From: a virus
Strand: one strand, 5' to 3'
Length of the DNA: 64,000 bases
Virus record (IMG/VR): IMGVR_UViG_3300046501_000233
Span: 44,081-108,080 of that record
A model generated the notes under the pieces. The model ran no database searches and was not told where the DNA came from. It was given only the letters and a program-made list of their open reading frames with translations. Of the stretch, positions 9,663-17,832 are shown one piece after another. Within the stretch, counting starts at the first letter, position 1; each line of letters opens with the position of its first letter. Both the position numbers and the translations under genes were made by a program.

Positions 9663-11060
9663 TTATGACGCCGGGATCGGAAGCCCGGTCTGGGCAGGTC
9701 CGGCCATGACATCCGTGTGCTTGTGGGTGGCGCCGACGTTCTTGCCGTCGTGGGCCATCTTGCCGCCGGTCTGCTTGAAGCCTTCGCCGTTGAAGAGCCA
9801 TTCGACTCCCCCGGCTGAAATCTTCAGCGAGCCCGCTTCCTGGATGAAGGTGCTGTTGTCGCCGACGTTCGTCGTGATGGCGTTGTCGCGAACGCTGATC
9901 ATGGAGTCGCCCTTGGACGCCTTAATCGTGTCCTCGGACATCTCGACCTTCGATCCGTTCTTGGCGGCGATGGTGATGAGATCCTCGGTCAGCGACATCT
10001 TGGTGTCGCCCTTCGAAATCTTCGCCTCTTCCTTGTTGACGTGGAAGGCCATCTTCTCGTTGACGATAAAGATGTCGTTCTCGTCGACAGCGATCGATGT
10101 CTTCGACTTGCCGTGCGTGAGCAGCCAGCCTTTGTCGGTGGCGAGGATCTGCAGCGTCTTCTCGGCGCCCTCTTTCGGGACGTCGGGCATCTCGCGCTTT
10201 TCCTGGGTCTTCTGACCCTCCCCGAGGGACTCGCCCTTGGGGTTCTCTTCCGGCTTGCGGCCGATCACAGTGTGGTGCGAGTTATTGGTCTCGCGCGTCC
10301 ACATGTTCTGCTTGTCGGTCTTCTCGTCGTTCTTGGCCTGCATCAGGCCCTGCATCTTGCCCTGCAAGAAGCCCATCATGTTTCCGGCAGCGCCCTTGAT
10401 GGCCTGCTGGATGGCGGCTTTCGCGAGACTGATCGGATCGCCTGCTGGGCCGATGACCTGATTGGCGAGAGCCTGAACCGATTGGACGTCGGGGATCTGG
10501 ATGCCGTTCGGCCCGAAATTCAGGATCGATGGATCGATGCCGGCTTCCTGGAGCTTCGAAAGCCCCATGCTGATCGGGTCTATCTGCGAGAAGCTGGCAA
10601 ACGATCCTGTGCTGGCAGACCCGAAAATGCTCGGGGCCGGCTGCGATTTCTTGCTGTTCTCTTCATGCTCGATCAGCGTGACGATCTCGTCAGGCTTGCC
10701 GCTGGGCGACGGATGTTCCGGGCCGTAGTGATGCGGCTCGACGGTCGCCAGCTCGGCCATGCCGCCAACGGAGCGCATCAAGGCGTACTGCCCCTTTTTC
10801 GGGGGCACCGATTTCTTGATGGTGCCATGGGAGAAGCTCTTCCACGGCTGCCAATCGCTCTTGAAGGTGGTCTCATTCGAAGGCGTCAAGCCTCCGGATG
10901 CTTCTTCGCTGCTCGGCTTGTCGTCCTCGCCGTCGTTCATCTTGACGTACCAGCGGTTCTTTTCGAACTTGACGTCAACGATCTTGCCGAGGCGCTCCTT
11001 GTTCTCGAACTTGCGCTCAAGATCCTGGAGCCGGCGCTCGGTCGCGAGTAGCGTCTTCAT
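9663..11060 (-). CDS. Baseplate central spike protein V (extended)
   Basis: N-terminal OB-like region (SDWQPW...PPKKGQ), beta-helix repeats, C-terminal HxH iron-binding tip (THKHTDV). Confidence 0.85.
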   Translation of the reverse strand: MKTLLATERRLQDLERKFENKERLGKIVDVKFEKNRWYVKMNDGEDDKPSSEEASGGLTPSNETTFKSDWQPWKSFSHGTIKKSVPPKKGQYALMRSVGGMAELATVEPHHYGPEHPSPSGKPDEIVTLIEHEENSKKSQPAPSIFGSASTGSFASFSQIDPISMGLSKLQEAGIDPSILNFGPNGIQIPDVQSVQALANQVIGPAGDPISLAKAAIQQAIKGAAGNMMGFLQGKMQGLMQAKNDEKTDKQNMWTRETNNSHHTVIGRKPEENPKGESLGEGQKTQEKREMPDVPKEGAEKTLQILATDKGWLLTHGKSKTSIAVDENDIFIVNEKMAFHVNKEEAKISKGDTKMSLTEDLITIAAKNGSKVEMSEDTIKASKGDSMISVRDNAITTNVGDNSTFIQEAGSLKISAGGVEWLFNGEGFKQTGGKMAHDGKNVGATHKHTDVMAGPAQTGLPIPAS

Positions 11061-11069
11061 CGGAAGGCC

Positions 11070-11645
11070 TTAGTCTTCCGGCGAAACGTCCAGCTCATCG
11101 TGCAGGGTGTTGCCGGCCATATGGATGTTGCCGCGAGCCGTGACCGTGCCGGGCGTCTGGGTGACGTGGCGGTTCTCGAAGAAGACCTGATCTCGATCGT
11201 AGGCACGGTTGTTGCCGATCGTCAGACATGTCTCCCATTCGACAACGCCGATCGTCACGCCGTCGCGGCGCAGGTCGGTATCGCTGAGGCGGGTGAGGTT
11301 AACTTCTGTGGCGGGGCCGGCGTTGAGGTCGCCGAACTTGTTGAGGTTTGCGAAGACTGCGATCTGTTCGATCCAGTCCCAGACGCGCATATCGCCGTCG
11401 CGCTGACCGCGACCGTCCGTCTCGACAACCACACACACGACCCGGAGGTAGGTGTTCAGCTCACCGGTGGAGTGATGCTTGGTCGGAGATTTCATGACGG
11501 CAACGCGGGCTGCCGGCGTGCGGAGGATCCACTCGCCGACATCCTTTTCGTCGAAGATGCCGTCGTACCATTCGACGTCCATCTTGGGGATGAGCGTCCG
11601 GATCGCGTCGCAGACGCGCTCGCGATATTCCAGGATCTTGCCCAT
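11070..11645 (-). CDS. Tail terminator/neck protein (Mu gp37-like)
   Basis: Position between gpG-like and gpV genes; 'RTPAARVA' motif; 191 aa. Confidence 0.55.
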   Translation of the reverse strand: MGKILEYRERVCDAIRTLIPKMDVEWYDGIFDEKDVGEWILRTPAARVAVMKSPTKHHSTGELNTYLRVVCVVVETDGRGQRDGDMRVWDWIEQIAVFANLNKFGDLNAGPATEVNLTRLSDTDLRRDGVTIGVVEWETCLTIGNNRAYDRDQVFFENRHVTQTPGTVTARGNIHMAGNTLHDELDVSPED

Positions 11646-12127
11646 TAGCCCTTACCTTGGTCGATGTAATCGCGCAGGATCTTGGCGATCCGCCGATTGT
11701 TCTCATCGGAGAAGCCGATGAACGGGCGCGGTGGGATGCCGGCCTTGGGCCGATACTTGCCGCGCATGTTCTTGACACCCTTCTGGTGCCACTCGGACTT
11801 CGGGTCCGTGCTCTCGATCGAGAAGCCGTTCTTGCTGAGCCCTTTGACCTTGATCCCCTTGTAGAGATCACCTTTGTCGTAGAGCGGCTTGTCGTGGCCT
11901 TTCAGCTGCACGGTGAGTGCGGCGAGGTTCGGCCATCGTTCGCCGTCCGGCCCGGTACGGGTGCGGAAGCGGTTCTGCGTCGAGCGCAGCATGTATTTTG
12001 ATGCCTCGTCCCAAGCCGGCCGCATATTGCGTGACCGGTCGGTGATTTCTTCGAGGCGCTTCTTCAGCAGCGAGATCTTCTCGGCGCTGAAGCGGATCTT
12101 GACCGATCCGTTACGCTCGCGAGGCAT
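11645..12127 (-). CDS. Phage virion morphogenesis protein (Mu gpG / P2 S-like)
   Basis: 'STQNRF...GPDGERWPNL...PLYDKGDL...HQKG...IPPRPFIGFS' signature. Confidence 0.9.
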   Translation of the reverse strand: MPRERNGSVKIRFSAEKISLLKKRLEEITDRSRNMRPAWDEASKYMLRSTQNRFRTRTGPDGERWPNLAALTVQLKGHDKPLYDKGDLYKGIKVKGLSKNGFSIESTDPKSEWHQKGVKNMRGKYRPKAGIPPRPFIGFSDENNRRIAKILRDYIDQGKG

Positions 12128-12533
12128 TGAAGGAGCCGCCGCGGCGCTTGATGTTCAGGTCGGTGTCACCCGTCCCGTCGCCATCAGTGTCCTGCGGCGG
12201 AAGGCCGAGGCCGACCTTGCCCTGGCTGATCTTGTCGAGCAGAGCGAGTGCATCCTCGTAGCGGACGCGCATTTCATCGGTCCGGCCGCCGCGCTGAAGG
12301 GCGATCTTGTAGACCGCAATATCGATCGCGCAGTTGCGGACGACTCCGGGGACTGCCGGGAGCGGCAGCGAATATTGGGCTGACAGATAGGCGTCGCAGA
12401 TCTCGTCTGCGGAAGCCAATCCACGATCGACAATCGCCGGGTCGGGGGTGCCGTCCCGGTCGTTGTCAGCCAAACGAACAAGGAGGTCTTCGCCGTAGAG
12501 ATTGTCGATATCTTCCTTGGTCGCGTAGGGCAT
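12111..12533 (-). CDS. Head-tail adaptor, Mu gp36 / DUF1320 family
   Basis: 'MPYATKEDI...DAYLSAQYSLPL...DIAVYKI...RYEDALALLDKISQGKVGLG' signature. Confidence 0.9.
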   Translation of the reverse strand: MPYATKEDIDNLYGEDLLVRLADNDRDGTPDPAIVDRGLASADEICDAYLSAQYSLPLPAVPGVVRNCAIDIAVYKIALQRGGRTDEMRVRYEDALALLDKISQGKVGLGLPPQDTDGDGTGDTDLNIKRRGGSFNASRA

Positions 12534-12937
12534 TACTTGTCCTTAGCCTTGTCGGCTTTCGCCTTTGCCTTCTTCGCAGCGGCGGCCTTTTCAGCAGCTT
12601 CCTTTTCGGTAGCAGCCTTCTCAGCAGCAGCCTTCTCAGCAGCAGCCTTTTCAGCAGCAGCCTTTTCAGCAGCTTCCTTCTCGGCAGCAGCTTTTTCAGC
12701 GGCTTCCTTTTCGGCAGCGGCAGCGATGGCAGTGTCGTCGGCGGGGTCAGAGGTTGACGTCGAGGCCGGGTTGTCAGCAGGCACCTTGGCCTCGGCGGCA
12801 ACCACAGTCTCGTCGCCCTCGGCATAGTCCGGCAGCATGGCAGCGCGCTGGGCGCGGACTTCTTCGCTCACCAGCCGGCGGTTATTGCGCAGCTTGGCGG
12901 CGGCCTCACGGGCGCGGTAGCCCTTGGGGACGATCAT
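12533..12937 (-). CDS. Hypothetical protein with (AAAEK)n repeat
   Basis: 134 aa; about 8 tandem AAAEK/EAAEK units; GGAG RBS. Confidence 0.75.
   Translation of the reverse strand: MIVPKGYRAREAAAKLRNNRRLVSEEVRAQRAAMLPDYAEGDETVVAAEAKVPADNPASTSTSDPADDTAIAAAAEKEAAEKAAAEKEAAEKAAAEKAAAEKAAAEKAATEKEAAEKAAAAKKAKAKADKAKDK
12580..12725. repeat. Degenerate 15-bp coding tandem repeat (CAGCAGCCTTYTCAG-like)
   Basis: Visible 15-nt periodicity encoding AAAEK on the minus strand. Confidence 0.85.
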
Positions 12938-12960
12938 ACGGGTGTTTCTCCAAACAAAAG

Positions 12961-12990
12961 CAAAACCCCTCCCGGCGAACCGAGAGGGGC
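12961..12990 (-). terminator. Terminator after major capsid gene
   Basis: CCCCTCTCGG-TTCG-CCGGGAGGGG followed by TTTTG on minus strand. Confidence 0.8.
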
Positions 12991-13004
12991 AATTGCGTTG
13001 AGGC

Positions 13005-13982
13005 TTAGGCGGCCAGCATGTGCTTGAACGCGACGATGCGGATCAGCTTGCTGTCGTACACGCGCTCCCAGTTCGTGCCGGTGGCGAGTTCAGCGTTGGT
13101 CGGCGTGACGCCGGCCGAGCTGCCCTTCCACTTCACGCCGCGGGGGTGCATGACCCACTGGCGACGGTTCACGATGTACTCCTGGCCCATGCCCTTCAGA
13201 GCCTGGCGCTCCACTTCGACCGGCACCTTCGGCGACTTCTCGCCGTAGCCGATCGCGCCCTGACCGAAGATGTAGGTCGTGAACACGCGGGTTGCGCCCG
13301 CGCCCGACACCGGCATGCTGTCATCCTCGATGACGGTCTTGCCCATGTAGGTCGGGATGGTGAGCTTGCCCTGGCTGTCGGCCACGTAGTCGATGAGGTC
13401 AGCCTTGACCATCGCCTTCAGGGTCAGCGAGTGAACGGCAACGCCGGTCAGGCCACCCTGCTCGTCGCCGAGCAAGAACGCCGAGTCGATGAACGAGTCA
13501 GCATCGAAATACTGAGCGCCGCCGGTGCCGGCCGAGATGTCATTGACGTTCGCAGCCATCGTAGCTGCGCCCATCGCGCCGGCCAGCGAGGCGAGCAGCG
13601 CCTTCTGGAAGCGGATGTCCCACCAGGTGGCGAAGCGGTCAGCGATCGCTTCGATCGGATCGGCGCCGGACAGGTCGGCCGCGAGGTCCGACGTACCGAA
13701 TGCCTTACCGCGCAGCAGCTTCACTGCCACGTCCTGGCCGGTCGTCATACGACCAACGGTCAGGTCAGCGGTGTCGTCGAGCACGACTTCGGCGTCCTCG
13801 GAGTCGAGGTCGTTGAAGAAGGGCATGTTGACGGTCTTGCCGGCGATTTCGGCGTCGATCGTCGAGGTCAGGTCGGTGATGATACCCGACTGGAAGAGCC
13901 GCGACTTCTGGGTCGTCAGCGTCTGGACGTAGTTGTTGAACTTGGTCGGGACAATCATGTCCGCGAGACGGGTCTCAGTCAT
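13005..13982 (-). CDS. Major capsid protein
   Basis: 'TRLADMIVP...SRLFQSGI...VNMPFFNDL...DLAADLSGADP...HPRGVKW...ELATGTNWERVY' coat protein signature. Confidence 0.92.
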   Translation of the reverse strand: MTETRLADMIVPTKFNNYVQTLTTQKSRLFQSGIITDLTSTIDAEIAGKTVNMPFFNDLDSEDAEVVLDDTADLTVGRMTTGQDVAVKLLRGKAFGTSDLAADLSGADPIEAIADRFATWWDIRFQKALLASLAGAMGAATMAANVNDISAGTGGAQYFDADSFIDSAFLLGDEQGGLTGVAVHSLTLKAMVKADLIDYVADSQGKLTIPTYMGKTVIEDDSMPVSGAGATRVFTTYIFGQGAIGYGEKSPKVPVEVERQALKGMGQEYIVNRRQWVMHPRGVKWKGSSAGVTPTNAELATGTNWERVYDSKLIRIVAFKHMLAA

Positions 13983-14023
13983 TTCTCACTCTTGAGGTTC
14001 TGACTGGCCTGACCCCTGAAACG

Positions 14024-14052
14024 CAAAAAGCCGCCCCCGAGGGAGCGGCTTC
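14024..14052 (-). terminator. Terminator-like hairpin between scaffold and capsid genes
   Basis: AGCCGCTCCC-TC-GGGGGCGGCT followed by TTTTG on minus strand. Confidence 0.7.
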
Positions 14053-14077
14053 GTATTCGTGCGAGCTGCGTGAAGAC

Positions 14078-14962
14078 TTAGTCTTCGACGCCGGCTTCTG
14101 CCTTCAGGCGCTTGGCCAGTTCTGGTTTGGTGTTTTCGAGCAGCATCTGCTGCGTGAAGTTCCGGCTCTCTTCCTTCCAGGGGTTCTTTTCCTTGGAAGC
14201 AGGAGCGCCGTGGTTGGCCGGCTTGACGCCGATGCCGCGCTTGTCGTCGGGCTTGAACAGTCCAGCCCGCGTCTCGCGGATCTCACCAAGGAGATCTGCG
14301 ACCGAAACTGGGGTGCCCAGGTGGTCCTTGATCCGGGGATTGCCGTTGGCATCGATCACGTCCACCTTGATCTGCCCATCGACCAACGAGGTCTTGATGG
14401 ACTTGGTGGCGATCATCTCGATGGCTTCGCGCGCATCATCCAGCGGATTGAGTTTTGCAAGTTCATCCTTGATGGCGTTGTCGCGCATCAGAGTCTGAAG
14501 CTGCCCCGTGAGGCTGCCGATCGTCTTCTCCGCGCCGGTGACCTTCTGGGTCAGCTCGGTCTCGCGCAGAGTGAACTGCTGAGTGAGCTGGTCCTTGAGG
14601 GTGCCGAACTTGGTGTTGGCGATCGCTTCAGCTTCTTTCTCGGGATCGAGTGCTGACAGTCGTGCTGCAGTTTCCATGGCGGTGCGAGCCGCGTCCGGAG
14701 TGATGTCACCGAAGGCCGTAGCACGCTCGATGGCGGTGCGGGCGACGGTGGGATCCAGGCCTTCGAAAGGCTGGAGCTGCGCCTTCAAGACTGAAACGCT
14801 CTGGCGCTCGGCGCCGAGGGCGGTCTTGAGACCGGTGACATTGTCGAGTTCGAAGCCTTCGACCGGCGTTACGTTGACATAGAACTTCCCGTTCCGTTCG
14901 ACGTAAAACCCGCGATGCGCTTCATCGACGGTGTTGAGATCAGTAACGACTGCTTTAAGCAT
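14078..14962 (-). CDS. Capsid scaffolding protein
   Basis: MLKAVVTDLNTVDEAHRGFYVE..., coiled-coil middle, C-terminal 'NPWKEESRNFTQQ...PELAKRLKAEAG'; directly upstream of capsid. True start is probably 14962, not 15310. Confidence 0.85.
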   Translation of the reverse strand: MLKAVVTDLNTVDEAHRGFYVERNGKFYVNVTPVEGFELDNVTGLKTALGAERQSVSVLKAQLQPFEGLDPTVARTAIERATAFGDITPDAARTAMETAARLSALDPEKEAEAIANTKFGTLKDQLTQQFTLRETELTQKVTGAEKTIGSLTGQLQTLMRDNAIKDELAKLNPLDDAREAIEMIATKSIKTSLVDGQIKVDVIDANGNPRIKDHLGTPVSVADLLGEIRETRAGLFKPDDKRGIGVKPANHGAPASKEKNPWKEESRNFTQQMLLENTKPELAKRLKAEAGVED

Positions 14963-15318
14963 ATCCATCCCGGAAATGCGGGGCATCCCGCCCCTCGTAG
15001 AGAAAAGACCTTCAGCATCCCGCCGAAGGTCCGGTGTCATCCCCGAGGTTCGGGGAATCGGTAGAGACAGCACTGATCGTTCCAAGGGCCATCCCGGCTC
15101 TCGGTTGGTTTGATCAGCGATGTCGAATTGGTGCGTAGGGCCGGAGACGATCCAGCACCTACACGGTAGGTTCTCAGCGGCGGCGCGGGCGTGCGACGCG
15201 CTCTTTAGGCATCCCTGCTCGTCTTGGTGGAGTGCGAGCTGGGACCGCTGAAGTCGCGCTCGACTGGTGGCACCCAGGAGCGCGAAAAAGAGAGGGCCGC
15301 TTCGCCGCATCCCGCGGC
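14961..15318 (-). promoter_or_regulatory. Structured 5' leader with repeated GGGAU-loop hairpins
   Basis: CATCCC on + strand at 14966, 14984, 15016, 15038, 15090, 15210 and 15308; five copies sit at hairpin tips. Confidence 0.7.
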
Positions 15319-15324
15319 AGAAAC

Positions 15325-15357
15325 GAAAAAGCCCGCCGCGAATGAACGGGGCGGGCT
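15325..15357 (-). terminator. Rho-independent terminator
   Basis: GCCCGCC...GGCGGGC followed by TTTTT on minus strand. Confidence 0.7.
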
Positions 15358-15379
15358 GTCTTGGATCTTGGTGTTGCGC

Positions 15380-15691
15380 TTATGCAGCGCTGCGCAATGC
15401 CTCGGGCTCGATCACCGTGTACTGGGTGAAGGTCTCGGGCTTGCAAAATTCTATGATGCCGTCCTCGTGGAGGAGGACGATGTCTCCTGCGATGCAGGAG
15501 AGGATGCCGAAGGGGGAGAGCGTCGAGAACCCGCCCTTGTTGTTGATTTGCAGCTCACCCGACTGGATGCGCTCGATCAACCACTGCGGCGGCGTGTCGT
15601 CAGCAATCTGACCCCAGAGAGGCAACTTGAAGGCTTGGACAATCGAAAGTCGTTCGAGCAGCTTCACGGGCACTCCATTTGCATTCTGCAT
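15380..15691 (-). CDS. Hypothetical protein (probable start GTG 15667)
   Basis: 'GDIVLLHEDG...CKPETFTQY' pattern seen in many phage small proteins; GGAG before GTG 15667. Confidence 0.6.
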   Translation of the reverse strand: MQNANGVPVKLLERLSIVQAFKLPLWGQIADDTPPQWLIERIQSGELQINNKGGFSTLSPFGILSCIAGDIVLLHEDGIIEFCKPETFTQYTVIEPEALRSAA

Positions 15692-15693
15692 GA

Positions 15694-15723
15694 CTTATAC
15701 GCACGGTTGGGCGCATTTGTCAA
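15694..15723 (-). promoter_or_regulatory. Sigma70-type promoter
   Basis: TTGACA (15723-15718), 18-nt spacer, TATAAG. Confidence 0.65.
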
Positions 15724-15903
15724 CCCCTGTAGAGCAAAAAGCAAAACAAAATGCAAATGAGTTCGAACTGTGGTCAGTTCTTGGCCGCAATGCGGAAAAT
15801 AAACCACGCAACCAGGGCAAAGGGTGTCATCAGCCCGAGACCAACGGCGAGGAGAACGATGCCGGCCGCCTTGCGGGCGGGGCTGATCTTGACGGGGGGT
15901 GCT

Positions 15904-16206
15904 TCAGACATTGGAGGCCTTTGCAGGATGCAGCGGCGTGACCGAGGCGGCGGTGCGCTTCTCCCCGCGCTTACGCGGAGGCTTAGACACCGTCGCCTTG
16001 TCGTTCATGACCGACCGGCGGGTTTTGACGTCGAACTTCGGCTTGAAGCACACGGCGCAGCAGTAGGCCTCACTTCCAACGAGCTTGCCCATGAACACCA
16101 CGGAGGCGGGGATCATCCGGACGAGCGCCCGGACGTCTTCCCCACGCTCCTTGGAGCAGGGCTCGCATCGGTATTCCGATGCTTCAATGTTGAGAACGAT
16201 TGCCAT
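15904..16206 (-). CDS. Zn-finger-like hypothetical protein
   Basis: CxxC...CxxC and a basic C-terminus. Confidence 0.55.
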   Translation of the reverse strand: MAIVLNIEASEYRCEPCSKERGEDVRALVRMIPASVVFMGKLVGSEAYCCAVCFKPKFDVKTRRSVMNDKATVSKPPRKRGEKRTAASVTPLHPAKASNV

Positions 16207-16245
16207 TTGCTTTCGGCTACCATGCGCTTGCAAGCGCGTCAACGA

Positions 16246-17814
16246 TCAAACCTCGCGCGTCGGACGGCTCTGGCCGTTCGGGAAGTCAAACGTCTTCTTG
16301 GCCGGAGCGTTCCCTTCTGTGTCGCCCGCTTCAGCGTCTGGGTGCTCGATCGTTGTCTTGGCGCCGGGGTCCGACGTCAGTTCGCCGGACGAGATCAGCG
16401 CATCGACCTTGGACCAGAACGCGATCTCCTCGTCCTTACTGAACTCGGCGCTCAGCAAGTTGCGATTGACCATCTCGTCCAGCAAGACCGGACGGGAGAT
16501 GCCGCGCTTTTCCCAGAGCTTCACGAGCTGGGCGATCTCGGTGATCTTGTCCTTGGTGTTCGAGAACTCCGTGTTCAGTGCGACCGTCACGTTGCTGTAA
16601 TCGGCGCCGGTCCACTGGCTCATGAACCGGATGGCCTTCTCGATCGTGTCCTGCGCATTGATCGCCATATCGTGGACGACCGAGTGGACTCGGGTCTCCT
16701 GGATGTCGCGCTCGTTCTGCGGCACATACTGGCGGTGCGTGCCCGTGACCGGGTTCAGCGCCATCATGTCCATCTGCATTTCGAGGGCGTTGAGATCCTT
16801 GAAGCCGGACTCGATCGCAGTGCCCTTGGGTTCGACGTAATACCAGCGGCCATTGGCCTCGGGCGCGTAGAGCACTTTCCAAGGGCCGATCTCGAAGCCG
16901 GTCTGATCGTCCGGGTCGATCTGCACGCCGGAGCACGCCAGCATCGGGAAGCGGGCGGCCGACAGGATCGAGCGCTGATCCGACGTCGAGATCCAGTGCT
17001 CGATCTGCTTGTAGGCCAGATCGATGAACACCGGACGCACGAGATAGTCGGCTTCCTTTTCACCGGCATAGAACGTGGCGAACGGCACCTCGGCCATTTC
17101 GATCGGGGTCTCTTCGATAAAGTCCCAGTTCGAACCGCCGGACGTCGCCTTCTGCTCCCAGAGCTGAACGATGCCCTTGGTGCTGCCGGGGTCGACCTCG
17201 ATCACACGCATCTGGTTGTAGAGGACTTCCTTGAAGCCTTCACGCGCCGAGCGCTGACCGCGGATGCGGACGTGGACAGTCTTGGTGTCGCCGCCGACGT
17301 ATTCGTCATAGGCAGCCGCCACGTCGTCCACCTTGTAGAGCTTCATGAAAGGACGAGCGCCGGACTGCTTCTGCTCGGCGAGGTTCTTCATGTTGAAGGT
17401 GTCAGGGTGATCGACCAGGACGTGCGACATGCCGTCCAGAAAGCCGTTGTTGAACATCTGGTGGGCAAAGACGTGCAGGTGATTGCCCTGCAGATCGATG
17501 TCCTGCTGCCACAGGTCGAGATCGGGCGTTGAGTTCGTGAGCTTGAGCAGCGTACGGAACGGCTTGGCTGACGCAGCGTCCACAGCCTCGCGCAGCTTGT
17601 TCAACGCGAAGGTCGAAGCGAGCCGCGCATTGTAACGCAGGTCGCTCTCCTTCTCGTACTGCGGAAGGAAGCTCTTGCCCTGCGCACGCATGGTCTCGGT
17701 GCCGCCATAGACGGCGCGGAGCATCGCGGTGCGCTCCCGCATGGTGGCGGCTGCCGAAGACAGTTCGCCGGGATTACCCGACTGTGGAGACGGGGTGTAA
17801 ACGATATCGACCAT
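16246..17814 (-). CDS. Portal protein (DUF4055-type)
   Basis: 'GGTETMRAQGKSFLPQ..ES..Y.ARL', 'DIDLQGN', 'DLAYKQIEHW..TSDQ' signature; follows TerL. Confidence 0.9.
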   Translation of the reverse strand: MVDIVYTPSPQSGNPGELSSAAATMRERTAMLRAVYGGTETMRAQGKSFLPQYEKESDLRYNARLASTFALNKLREAVDAASAKPFRTLLKLTNSTPDLDLWQQDIDLQGNHLHVFAHQMFNNGFLDGMSHVLVDHPDTFNMKNLAEQKQSGARPFMKLYKVDDVAAAYDEYVGGDTKTVHVRIRGQRSAREGFKEVLYNQMRVIEVDPGSTKGIVQLWEQKATSGGSNWDFIEETPIEMAEVPFATFYAGEKEADYLVRPVFIDLAYKQIEHWISTSDQRSILSAARFPMLACSGVQIDPDDQTGFEIGPWKVLYAPEANGRWYYVEPKGTAIESGFKDLNALEMQMDMMALNPVTGTHRQYVPQNERDIQETRVHSVVHDMAINAQDTIEKAIRFMSQWTGADYSNVTVALNTEFSNTKDKITEIAQLVKLWEKRGISRPVLLDEMVNRNLLSAEFSKDEEIAFWSKVDALISSGELTSDPGAKTTIEHPDAEAGDTEGNAPAKKTFDFPNGQSRPTREV

Positions 17815-17832
17815 TTCTGGTGTGTCCTGACA

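Noticed and set aside
15199-15207. boxA consensus CGCTCTTTA
   Set aside because: It lies on the plus strand, opposite to local transcription, and has no adjacent boxB.
14963-15310. N-terminal extension of the 410-aa scaffold ORF
   Set aside because: The extension is not protein-like and coincides with the hairpin array. The scaffold-like sequence begins at MLKAVV (14962).
4481-17532. Long plus-strand ORFs (e.g. 4481-6157, 8995-10215, 13020-14003, 15751-17532)
   Set aside because: These are antisense shadows of strongly codon-biased minus-strand structural genes in GC-rich DNA.
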